Virus record (IMG/VR): IMGVR_UViG_3300019850_000189
Location: 32,001-96,000 of that record
Strand: one strand, 5' to 3'
DNA: 64,000 bases
Source of the DNA: a virus
The number at the start of each line of letters is the position of its first letter. Position 1 is the first letter of the stretch. This document shows, piece after piece, positions 55,215 through 63,282 of the stretch. Position numbers and translations under genes: made by a program. The notes below the pieces were generated by a model. The model did no database searches. It worked only from the letters and a program-made list of their open reading frames with translations, and was not told the origin of the DNA.

Positions 55215-56036
55215 GGCTTGACACGGATAGCATGTCGCAAGGCATGTAAAGGCGGCTTGGCAACCGCCACCGATCGCAAGATCGGCCAATTCAAACAAGC
55301 TGACATCCCTATGGCTTCGCATGCCTGCGGAGCTTGCACCGACATTGGACGAAGACAGCATAGACTGAGGGTAACACTGTAAGCTTATGTTTCTCGTGGA
55401 AAGGATTATTCGTAACCATAACCAATTAGATGTTAGGATGAACAGTAGTTATATTGTCTGAGCTTTTGCCAGCAAGGGCTTTATAGCAGTTTGATAGGTT
55501 GGTGGACATCCAGTACACCGGTCTTGAAAGACGGTTTAGTATCCGGCAGGAGAAAGACAGACAGCGTCCGGCATTTTGTAGGTCAAAAGCCTATGAAACT
55601 GGTGGATCAGCGCGTTGTCGCTATGGGGAGACCCATTTTTCAATGATAGCTCAAAGGTAGAGCACATGTCTTAGAAACACATTATGCTGTTGGTTCAACT
55701 CCAACTCATTGGCTTTATCCGCAAAGACTGGTCCGGTATTGAGTGAAAGCAGCTTAATTCCATGCCCTTCGGGAACATGGACTTTCCGAGGCTCGCAAGG
55801 CTAAAGAAAGTTAGTTGTAAGAAGCACGGCGAGGTTAGCGCCTCCTTATAGCTCGCAAGGCTGACGGTATTCTGAGAACTGAGTAGCTCAATGCGTCACT
55901 GGAAATGCCGCCAGTATAAAAAGGCAGTTGTGTTGATTTACCGTTCCTGGAACGGTGGATAAGTTCTTAAGGCCCGGTTAGCGGCCGAGCTGTACGAGGG
56001 CAAAAGGATTGACATATAGAGTTGTAGTCTCAGGCT
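55215..56036 (+). ncRNA. GOLLD-like giant ncRNA (~820 nt)
   Basis: ORF-free GC-rich stretch in a tRNA array; ends pair (ggcttga/tcaggct); many GNRA hairpins (gatcgcaagatc, ctcgcaagg twice, tcttgaaaga); 3' GAGTTGTAGTCTC; embedded tRNA. Family assigned from recalled characteristics. Confidence 0.65.
55640..55713 (+). tRNA. tRNA-like element (Leu TAG anticodon) embedded in the GOLLD-like RNA
   Basis: tcaatga/tcattgg acceptor; gctc/gagc D-stem; gttgg-ttcaact-ccaac T-arm; only 3 bp in the anticodon stem; short variable loop. Confidence 0.6.
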
Positions 56037-56302
56037 TTATAAATTTTTTGGATAATTCAATGCTTACAAAAGGTTTAAAGAAAGATGATTTTTTTGAACT
56101 TGCTAAAGTCTATGAAATAAGCTGGACAAAATATCAATTTGTTGAAGAACTTACCAAATTATGCCAGATTTGATGGCATCCTGCATACAAGCAATTTTAA
56201 GTATTTACTTTGATGGCAATATGGTTATATTAAATGACATGATCACAAAGAGCTATGTTAAACTAGCAAATAAAACTGCTCAGGTCAAATATGGACTTAT
56301 AA

Positions 56303-56377
56303 GGGGCTGTAGCTCAATTTTGGGAGAGCGTCTGACCTGCAATCAGAAGGTAAGGGGTCCGAATCCCCTCAGCTCCA
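56303..56377 (+). tRNA. tRNA-Ala(TGC), C33 and C55
   Basis: ggggctg/cagctcc; ccTGCaa; T-loop TCCGAAT. Confidence 0.88.
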
Positions 56378-56385
56378 CAAATGAC

Positions 56386-56414
56386 TTTACAAAATTGTTG
56401 TTATGTGTTATAAT
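56386..56414 (+). promoter_or_regulatory. Sigma70-like promoter
   Basis: TTTACA-17 nt-TATAAT with upstream TG. Confidence 0.8.
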
Positions 56415-56436
56415 ATGTGTACTCAAGGAGAACATC

Positions 56437-56661
56437 ATGGCCCAAAAACTGAAATGGTTTCATTATATCGTTGATGGCATGGATGCCAGAAAGGCGGTCA
56501 TGATTAAAAAAGCTTTGCTTGGCGCCGTTCCTCAGATTATAAATGTGTATGTTAGTTTACGCGAATCAAAAGTTTCAGTGTATTCCATTAAACCATTTGA
56601 GAAGCAGGTTAAAATGGCAGCAGAAGTGGCGAATGCCAGCTTTAGAACAAAACTCAAATGA
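56437..56661 (+). CDS. Small HMA-fold-like protein lacking the metal-binding cysteines
   Basis: AAGGAG SD; YIVDGMDARKA..IKKAL...VYVSL pattern. Confidence 0.55.
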   Translation: MAQKLKWFHYIVDGMDARKAVMIKKALLGAVPQIINVYVSLRESKVSVYSIKPFEKQVKMAAEVANASFRTKLK

Positions 56662-56662
56662 A

Positions 56663-56735
56663 TGGCCCGTAGTTCAACAGGAAGAGCGCCAGACTTTGAA
56701 TCTGGAGGCTAGTGGTCCAAATCCACTCGGGCCAG
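56663..56735 (+). tRNA. tRNA-Gln(TTG), C55
   Basis: tggcccg/cgggcca; ctTTGaa; T-loop TCCAAAT. Confidence 0.9.
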
Positions 56736-56740
56736 AACAT

Positions 56741-56812
56741 GGTGGTATTGGTGTAGAGGTCGCACGCAGGTCTGTGGAACCTGAGGGCTCGGCTCAATTC
56801 CGGGATACCACC
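56741..56812 (+). tRNA. tRNA-His(GTG) with encoded G-1; T-loop CTCAATT
   Basis: g-gtggtat/ataccac-c; ctGTGga. Confidence 0.88.
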
Positions 56813-56973
56813 CACTTATTATACTAAAGGAAAATATAATGAACCAAAAAAATCTGCGCTGAGTGTCGGATTATTTGAGGGCAAAGGAACAATTACAAAA
56901 CGAACTAGTAGAAATAATTAGGGGTGCACCCAACGGTTGTAGGGGAAATCAAATTTGGAGAGGAGATAATTAG

Positions 56974-57183
56974 ATGAAAAAATATAGAGTTGTGGAATAT
57001 GAGTATTGTAAACATAAAATCTTTGAAGTGCAGAAGAAATCTATGTTTGGATTTTGGTATAATCCAGACAATGTAGATGGGAATCTTACTAGATATTATG
57101 ATACAATTGAAGAAGCAAAAGAAATTATAAGAAGAAAAATAGCACTAACAACTAAAAGAGTAGTATATGAATCTCCACTTTGA
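56974..57183 (+). CDS. Hypothetical protein
   Basis: GAGGAG SD. Confidence 0.65.
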   Translation: MKKYRVVEYEYCKHKIFEVQKKSMFGFWYNPDNVDGNLTRYYDTIEEAKEIIRRKIALTTKRVVYESPL

Positions 57184-57645
57184 GGCATAAATAGATAGAA
57201 ACAGAACAAGTTATTTTGGAGATAGCAATGACATTAAGAGAACAGTTTGAAAAAGAGTATCATAAACAACCAGTAGAACCTTATCCAGAAAGTGAAGATT
57301 CAGAGCAATGGTTAAAGATTGTTGCATGGGAAGAAAAATATTTAACATGGCTTAAAAATAAACTTCTTCAAAGTATAGATTGGAAATAAAGATGAGTTAG
57401 GGAATGGGAATATGAATAATGTAGATTGTTATTTTGATAAAAATGGTAGAGAGGTAATGAAAAATGGAAGGTAGACATAAAGGGAGTGACAATTCTCATA
57501 GTATAGGGCATAATACTGATACAGAGGAAATAGATAAAATTATAGAAGAAGGTAAATTTGAGGAGACATTAAAAGAAATTATCGTTAAAATGGCAAGTAT
57601 AGATTTTAAGGAAGAGCTAAATAAAATAAAGGGGCCCAATAAAAA

Positions 57646-57864
57646 ATGGCAGATTTAATAAAGATTAAAAACAGGTTTTTAAACCTTGATAAAGTGAGAG
57701 AGATTCATTTTTTAGATAAAAGAATAATTTTGAGTTATGATAATATTGATCGGGAATGGGTTGTAGTTCCTGATAATGAAATTGGAGGTTATCACAAAAT
57801 CACTAAACAGGATTATAAGATGATATCGCAGGAATTACAAAAAATCTCTCACGTAATTATTTAG
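57646..57864 (+). CDS. Hypothetical protein
   Basis: Coupled with the upstream small ORF 57464..57658. Confidence 0.55.
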   Translation: MADLIKIKNRFLNLDKVREIHFLDKRIILSYDNIDREWVVVPDNEIGGYHKITKQDYKMISQELQKISHVII

Positions 57865-57879
57865 TAGAAGAAGAATGTT

Positions 57880-58077
57880 ATGACAGATGAGGAAATAAAA
57901 ACAATTAAGACAATTAATCAAATGACTCAGAGGGAAATGGCCTCCTTATGGAGATTTGCACCATCAGGACATCCATATTTTGACAAAACTAAGCCATATT
58001 GGAAGGTATTCAAAAATAGGTTTTTTGATGAACTTGGAGGTTTTACTCCTGAAATATCAAAATCTATTGGGTGGTAA
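57880..58077 (+). CDS. Conserved phage hypothetical protein
   Basis: WRFAPSGHPYFD...LGGFTPEISKSIGW motif. Confidence 0.7.
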   Translation: MTDEEIKTIKTINQMTQREMASLWRFAPSGHPYFDKTKPYWKVFKNRFFDELGGFTPEISKSIGW

Positions 58078-58144
58078 AATATTAACATAAATTATATCCG
58101 TTGAGGAAGAGAGAACAAGAACGAAAATATATTTTAATAGTTAT

Positions 58145-58219
58145 TGGCCTGTGGTGCAAATTGGTAGCACGACTGACTCTGGATCAGTAGATTTGAGGGT
58201 TCGAATCCTTCCAGGCCAG
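58145..58219 (+). tRNA. tRNA-Gln(CTG)
   Basis: tggcctg/caggcca; ctCTGga. Confidence 0.92.
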
Positions 58220-58292
58220 AATGAGCTTTAATTGTAAATATTGGTGGAAAATTAAAATACCCAGTAATTTTTAGAATAACAGGGAGATTTTA

Positions 58293-58526
58293 ATGCAAAA
58301 AAATAAAGAGGCAAAAAGCTTGAATAATATTAGTTGCCGTTATTTTGATAAAAATGGTAGAGAGGTTAAAGAAGGTGATACAATCCAGTTTACTCTATAT
58401 GAGGGAATACCTAACAAGAAGGAAGTGGTAAGGAAAGATAAAAAAATGAAAAAGTTTGGAATCGTGGGATTGTATCCGCCAATGATGAAATATTTGGAGT
58501 TTGTCATTGTTGATAATGGTAAGTAA
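58293..58526 (+). CDS. YopX-like small protein
   Basis: DKNGREVKEGD motif; GGGAG SD. Confidence 0.55.
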   Translation: MQKNKEAKSLNNISCRYFDKNGREVKEGDTIQFTLYEGIPNKKEVVRKDKKMKKFGIVGLYPPMMKYLEFVIVDNGK

Positions 58527-58770
58527 CGAACGAGTATGAGGAGATTTTATATAATGTATGTATTCGGATTATTTGAGGCGTTTTTTGTAGGGATGGCAAT
58601 AGGAATGATAATTGATTATGTGAGTAGAGAAAGAAAAGTAGAATAAATTATTTCATTAAAATATAAAATAAAGGTGGGTTAAAAAAGCTCGAAGAGGAGG
58701 AAACTAAAATGAATCAAAAACAACTGTAACAGAAATGATGACAGGAAAATGACAGTGAGCCGTAATATAT

Positions 58771-58858
58771 GGAGGCGTGTGATAATGGTAGTCGGGCCGC
58801 CTTGAAAGCGGTTGATCGGTGCTGAGCCGGTTTGGGGGTTCAAGTCCCTCCGCCTCCG
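58771..58858 (+). tRNA. tRNA-Ser(TGA)
   Basis: ggaggcg/cgcctcc; ctTGAaa; long variable arm. Confidence 0.92.
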
Positions 58859-58915
58859 AAAAAAATTATTAATAAAAATCATCCATATTTAGTGGAAACA
58901 TTTTAGAGAGTTTAC

Positions 58916-59006
58916 GGAGGCGTACTCAAGTTGGTGAAGAGGCTGGTTTGCTAAACCAGAAGATCGGTTAATAGCCGGTGCGAGAGTTCGAGTCTCTCCG
59001 CCTCCG
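58916..59006 (+). tRNA. tRNA-Ser(GCT)
   Basis: ggaggcg/cgcctcc; ttGCTaa; long variable arm. Confidence 0.92.
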
Positions 59007-59096
59007 CATAAATATAGTTGATGATTTTTTAAAAAATCTTGGATATTATAACATAGCCGGTGTAGACGAAGTGAATTTATATTTTTGAAATTCCTT

Positions 59097-59179
59097 GGAG
59101 GCGTGTGATAATGGTATTCAGCCAGTTTCGAAAACTGGTGGCCGCTCGCGACTTGCAGGTTCGAATCCTGCCGCCTCCG
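59097..59179 (+). tRNA. tRNA-Ser(CGA)
   Basis: ggaggcg/cgcctcc; ttCGAaa. Confidence 0.92.
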
Positions 59180-59190
59180 AATATATACAT

Positions 59191-59276
59191 GGAGCTGTGT
59201 GATAATTGGTAGTCAGCTTGACTGGAATTCAAGTGCCCGCGTAAGTGGGTTGCAGGTTCGATTCCTGCCGGCTCCG
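59191..59276 (+). tRNA. tRNA-Ser(GGA)
   Basis: ggagctg/cggctcc; ctGGAat. Confidence 0.92.
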
Positions 59277-59376
59277 AGCATATATACTAAGTGAAAGTCA
59301 TTGAACAAAACGCTTCATGAAGCATATTTATATTTAGATTGTATATATATAATAATAAAATACCTAGGAGAAGAAA

Positions 59377-59844
59377 ATGAAAAGAATATTTTTAATATTG
59401 CCAATTTTATTAATGATAGCAGGATTTGCATCAGCAGCAGATGTTCATAGTTATACTGCTATAAAAGTTGGCTATGGAAATGAAACTGGAGGAGCAGGAA
59501 TAGGAATAGAAAATAAATATCACTTTTTTGGTTTTACGGGTGGTATTGGTTATTTTAACGATAAAATATGTTGGAATTTTGGGTTTAAGGGTTATCTTGA
59601 TTTAGGCGAAGTAGCCACAGTATATGGTGGATTAAACTTTGGAATTTTAGGTTATGAGTGGTCTTCATTGGATAATGTATATAAGTATATTTATGGTCCA
59701 TATTTTATGATTGGGGCAGCTTTTGTTGGAAAAAATGGTTTTTATGCAGATATTGGCGGCGGCTATGGCGGATCAAAGACAGAATATTTTGGCAAACTAG
59801 AATTTCCTACAGTGCAACTTTCAGTAGGATATGCATTTAATTAA
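59377..59844 (+). CDS. Outer-membrane beta-barrel protein
   Basis: Signal peptide ending ASA; alternating aromatic/Gly strands; C-terminal LSVGYAF signal. Confidence 0.75.
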   Translation: MKRIFLILPILLMIAGFASAADVHSYTAIKVGYGNETGGAGIGIENKYHFFGFTGGIGYFNDKICWNFGFKGYLDLGEVATVYGGLNFGILGYEWSSLDNVYKYIYGPYFMIGAAFVGKNGFYADIGGGYGGSKTEYFGKLEFPTVQLSVGYAFN

Positions 59845-59890
59845 AATATAATGGGGAGATTATAATCTCCCCTGCTCAAAAGAGTAAAAT

Positions 59891-60256
59891 ATGAAAAAAC
59901 TTTTTTTATTAACAATAATTATAGGAGTACTAATAATTCTTAGCAATTGCTCAGTAACTAATGATGTACATACGCCTACTCTTGTTACGCCTACTACTAG
60001 TAGCGCTAGAGTAATGGTTGTAAATGAGTATGATGGAATTGAAGATTATACTGCTATATACAAAAATGATTCGTATTATGTTCCTTCTGGTTGGGATTCA
60101 TTTGTTTATATTTATATCGAATGGAGTGGCAGTGATAGTAATCATGTAACAATAGATATTTGGGATGGTACAAGGTTTGTTTATGAACAAAACTTTGATT
60201 TAAACGATGGTGATGAAGCTATGATATGGATAGTAGATGGTAGTTATCATCCATAA
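59891..60256 (+). CDS. Putative lipoprotein
   Basis: MKKLFLLTIIIGVLIILSNC lipobox. Confidence 0.65.
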   Translation: MKKLFLLTIIIGVLIILSNCSVTNDVHTPTLVTPTTSSARVMVVNEYDGIEDYTAIYKNDSYYVPSGWDSFVYIYIEWSGSDSNHVTIDIWDGTRFVYEQNFDLNDGDEAMIWIVDGSYHP

Positions 60257-60541
60257 TCAAAAGAAACTATTAATGAAGATCTTATAAAAAGCGGCAACTG
60301 AGATTGTTAAATCTCTTTATAGAGGTCAAATAAAAGAAAAAGGATTTGTGAAAATTAAGGAGCTTAGATGCATATTGTAATAAATGTTTTAATGATTTTC
60401 GGATTGCTTGGTGTATTATGCCTTGAGTCAATTTATGTAGATGTCATGTGGGACAAAATTGACAGGTGGTCAGAAGACCGTAAAAGAGTGGGCAGGAACT
60501 TGATTGCCAGGAAGTTCAAACGGCATTAGATTCTGTGTTTA

Positions 60542-60613
60542 GCGCGCGTAGTTCAATGGTAGAACAGCGTCCTTATAAGGCGTAATTTCCCCGTCCAAAT
60601 CGGGGCGTGCGCA
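60542..60613 (+). tRNA. tRNA-Ile(TAT), C55
   Basis: gcgcgcg/cgtgcgc; gcgtc-ctTATaa-ggcgt; T-loop TCCAAAT. Confidence 0.85.
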
Positions 60614-60626
60614 AGATGAGTGATAT

Positions 60627-60863
60627 AGTTTGACGGTTCCGGTTCTACGCTGTATATGATAACATATATAGAGGAAACACCGAACATCTCTGCTCTAATG
60701 CAGGAGGCGAAAGCTGTTTGGACTGCAGAGGATGCGACCACAAATAACTCTAGGTGGTGAGCAGGCCAATGATGAGATGGTAGTGGGCAGCTGAAAAGCC
60801 AGTTGAAAAAACTGAGATAGATGTAGAACAAAAACAGAATTCGGGTTATAGGAACCGTCAACT
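60627..60863 (+). ncRNA. rnpB: Compact RNase P RNA
   Basis: P1 ttgacggttcc/ggaaccgtcaa; P2 gttctac/gtagaac; P3 hairpin; CR-I-like GAGGAAACACCGAAC; CR-IV-like GAGCAGGCCAA; CR-V-like ACAGAATTCGGGTTA. Confidence 0.8.
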
Positions 60864-60879
60864 TAATATAGCATAAGGA

Positions 60880-61122
60880 GTGAAAATGTCTTTAGAAGAT
60901 GAAATTGTCGAGCATCTTAAACAGGACTTCACGGGTCATGAATTTAGTATTACAACCCAAGGCGATGTGAGAAATATACTTATGGATGGTGTGTCTTGTT
61001 TGACCTATGATGATATACAGATTGACTCCCTTAAAAAATCTTATTCTGCAGCAGCTGAAATGGCATTTGATGAGTTTTATGGCCTGATAGAGCAATCAGT
61101 TAAAATGGTTCTGAATAAATGA
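60880..61122 (+). CDS. Hypothetical acidic protein
   Basis: AAGGAG SD. Confidence 0.65.
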   Translation: MKMSLEDEIVEHLKQDFTGHEFSITTQGDVRNILMDGVSCLTYDDIQIDSLKKSYSAAAEMAFDEFYGLIEQSVKMVLNK

Positions 61123-61307
61123 TTTTAAATATATCAGGATATTTTCTTGGATATATTTAAATTTATAATAGTAGTTTTTCTTATTTATTTGTTTATAAAA
61201 TATATGTAGAAGGAAATAATGATTTTTAATTCCGAAACAGCGGCGTGGATTCTTGTCGGGTTTGGTGTAGCTACATTTGTGTTTGCGGCTTTATGGCAGA
61301 GGATTAA

Positions 61308-61378
61308 GCACCTGTAGTTCAATGGTAGAACCGGCGAACGATAATCGTCAAACGAAAGTTCAACTCTTTCCGGGTGCA
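61308..61378 (+). tRNA. tRNA-Ile(GAT), A32/C33
   Basis: gcacctg/cgggtgc; ggcga-acGATaa-tcgtc. Confidence 0.85.
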
Positions 61379-61588
61379 CAATGAAACCTAAAACTCAGGC
61401 CGCGAAGATGCTTTTGCGTTTTGGCAAGAAGTGTTGGAATTGCGGTAATCTTGATCTTGGACGGAAAAATTCATTTTGTTGCTGCCGTATAATCCAAGCT
61501 TCTATACTCGGTCCTATGAAATAGAAAAAGGGACATGGGAAGGCCCTAATGAATTTGATAAATTTATAGAAACAATTAGGAGTAAAAA

Positions 61589-61783
61589 ATGAGCTACAAT
61601 TCATCAGCTGGTGGAGATTTTGGCATAGGAATGGTTTTATTTATAGTTTTTCTAATATTGAAACTGACACACACTATAGATTGGCGCTGGATTTGGGTAT
61701 GTTCTCCATTGTGGATTTTTGCTGGTTTTGTTATTTTCGTGCTTCTCGCTTTGGGCGTAATAGCCGCAATATCGAGAATGTAA
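61589..61783 (+). CDS. Small membrane protein
   Basis: AGGAG SD; GIG...LFIVFLILKL...IDW.W.WV.SPLWI motif. Confidence 0.75.
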   Translation: MSYNSSAGGDFGIGMVLFIVFLILKLTHTIDWRWIWVCSPLWIFAGFVIFVLLALGVIAAISRM

Positions 61784-61785
61784 TA

Positions 61786-61859
61786 GGGTCCTTGACTCAA
61801 TCAGGTAGAGTACTGGCCTCTTAAGCCAGGATGTGAAGGTTCGATTCCTTCAGGGCCCA
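61786..61859 (+). tRNA. tRNA-Lys(CTT)
   Basis: gggtcct/agggccc; ctCTTaa. Confidence 0.92.
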
Positions 61860-62120
61860 ATGATTGGTTTTAAGATAGAAATAGAGAGAAAGAAATTAGC
61901 GAAGCGACTTCTGCAAGATAGGACTTGCGAAAATTGTGGGATACCACTTAGCTTGATGTATGAAATGATTAACAAAGATGAAATAGAAAGAGCATTAAGA
62001 GAGCGTGGTTGCCAGTTGCGAGTGAAGTATATAAAAGACAATAAGCTTATTATGAAATCTCCATTTGAAAGAACTTGTAGCAGTTTTACGGAAAAAAATG
62101 ACAACAATCGAAGTAGCTAA
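61860..62120 (+). CDS. Hypothetical protein (AKRLL...CxxC family)
   Basis: KLAKRLLQDRTCENC; start placed after the tRNA. Confidence 0.5.
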   Translation: MIGFKIEIERKKLAKRLLQDRTCENCGIPLSLMYEMINKDEIERALRERGCQLRVKYIKDNKLIMKSPFERTCSSFTEKNDNNRSS

Positions 62121-62173
62121 GAATTTATTAAAAATAAAACTTGTGATAGGAAGTTAATTGTTGAGTATAAGTA

Positions 62174-62246
62174 GGCTGGGAAGCTCAATTGGTAGAGCGG
62201 TGGGTTGAAGACCCGCGCGTAGGCAGTTCGATACTGTCCCCAGCCA
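62174..62246 (+). tRNA. tRNA-Phe(GAA)
   Basis: ggctggg/cccagcc; ttGAAga. Confidence 0.92.
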
Positions 62247-62249
62247 ATA

Positions 62250-62324
62250 GCGGGGTTGGCTCAGTTGGTTCAGAGCGGTAGTCCTACAAACTACAGGCCG
62301 AAAGTTCGAATCTTTCACCCCGCA
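62250..62324 (+). tRNA. tRNA-Val(TAC), C33
   Basis: gcggggt/accccgc; gtagt-ccTACaa-actac. Confidence 0.88.
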
Positions 62325-62357
62325 CATAGGTAAGATTCATATGAATAGGAAAGAACA

Positions 62358-62765
62358 ATGATTAAGCAAGTTATTGCAGTAAGAAAAGATCTTGACATGA
62401 ATAATGGAAGAATGGCGGCGCAAGTGGCCCATGCCGCTATGAAAGTTTTCCTTGATAGGGCTGCCGCCATCATACCACTGAATCTTGAGAGCGACGAATG
62501 GTGGATTTCTATAAAAAATGTAACTGGGCCAATGGCAAAATGGTGTAAAGATAATTTCACTAAAGTAGTGGTTGGTATCAATGCGGAAGATGATATATAC
62601 AAACTCAAAGAAAAAGCCGATAATGCTGATATACCAAATGCCATAATGGTTGATAATGGATTCCCAGAGTGCTATCATGGTAAGACAGCTACATGCATTG
62701 CCATAGGCCCTGATATATCCGAAAAAATTGATGCGATAACTGGCAATTTAGAGCTTATTCAATAA
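62358..62765 (+). CDS. pth2: Peptidyl-tRNA hydrolase, Pth2 type
   Basis: KQVIAVRKDL.M..G.MAAQVAHA, W...F.KVVV, VDNG, TCIAIGP...IDAITG.L.L. Confidence 0.88.
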   Translation: MIKQVIAVRKDLDMNNGRMAAQVAHAAMKVFLDRAAAIIPLNLESDEWWISIKNVTGPMAKWCKDNFTKVVVGINAEDDIYKLKEKADNADIPNAIMVDNGFPECYHGKTATCIAIGPDISEKIDAITGNLELIQ

Positions 62766-62876
62766 AGGTAACATAAAGCGAAATAAAAGGGGTATGTATA
62801 ATTATGAATTTATCTCTGTGTCATAAACGTTATCTCTTTGGAGGACAACCATAAGCAGGCCGTGTTATATTTATAT

Positions 62877-62902
62877 ATCCGCCTGAAAAGGCGGATTTTT
62901 TT
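62877..62902 (+). terminator. Intrinsic terminator
   Basis: atccgcct-gaaa-aggcggat plus T-run. Confidence 0.85.
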
Positions 62903-62904
62903 GC

Positions 62905-62933
62905 TTTACAGATAGCAATTAGTAGTTTATAAT
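62905..62933 (+). promoter_or_regulatory. Sigma70-like promoter
   Basis: TTTACA-17 nt-TATAAT; ATG 7 nt downstream of the -10. Confidence 0.8.
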
Positions 62934-62939
62934 TACAAT

Positions 62940-63122
62940 ATGAAAGTTATAATTAGATGCTCAAAATGCGGTAAGGATATTCGCGAAGGAGAATGGCCGG
63001 ATAATCCAAACTATAAGGAGCCGGTTGTCTCTCACGGCTATTGTGACGAATGTTATAAAATAGTCATGAAAGATGCTGAAGCTGATTTTATTGTTATTGA
63101 GAAGAGGGTCAGTAAAGAGTAG
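62940..63122 (+). CDS. Small zinc-finger protein, probably leaderless
   Basis: CSKC...SHGYCDEC; 3' end overlaps tRNA-Tyr. Confidence 0.65.
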   Translation: MKVIIRCSKCGKDIREGEWPDNPNYKEPVVSHGYCDECYKIVMKDAEADFIVIEKRVSKE

Positions 63123-63193
63123 CGGCGAACTCCCCTGTCTGTAAAACAGGAGCCTTAAGGCAAACATCGTAGGTCCGAGTCCTACCTGGCCCA
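63106..63193 (+). tRNA. tRNA-Tyr(GTA), C55
   Basis: gggtcag/ctggccc; ctGTAaa; long variable arm; T-loop TCCGAGT. Confidence 0.88.
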
Positions 63194-63282
63194 AACACAT
63201 ATGTATGTCCAATGAGAGGTATTTGCATATGTTAGTAGAACATAAAAAGTAGTTTTTATTGGCGACTTGAGCCATATATAAA

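Noticed and set aside
60663-60670. CATATATA at this position as a promoter box
   Set aside because: It forms the 3' strand of the RNase P P3 hairpin (tgtatatg/catatata), so it was excluded from the motif count.
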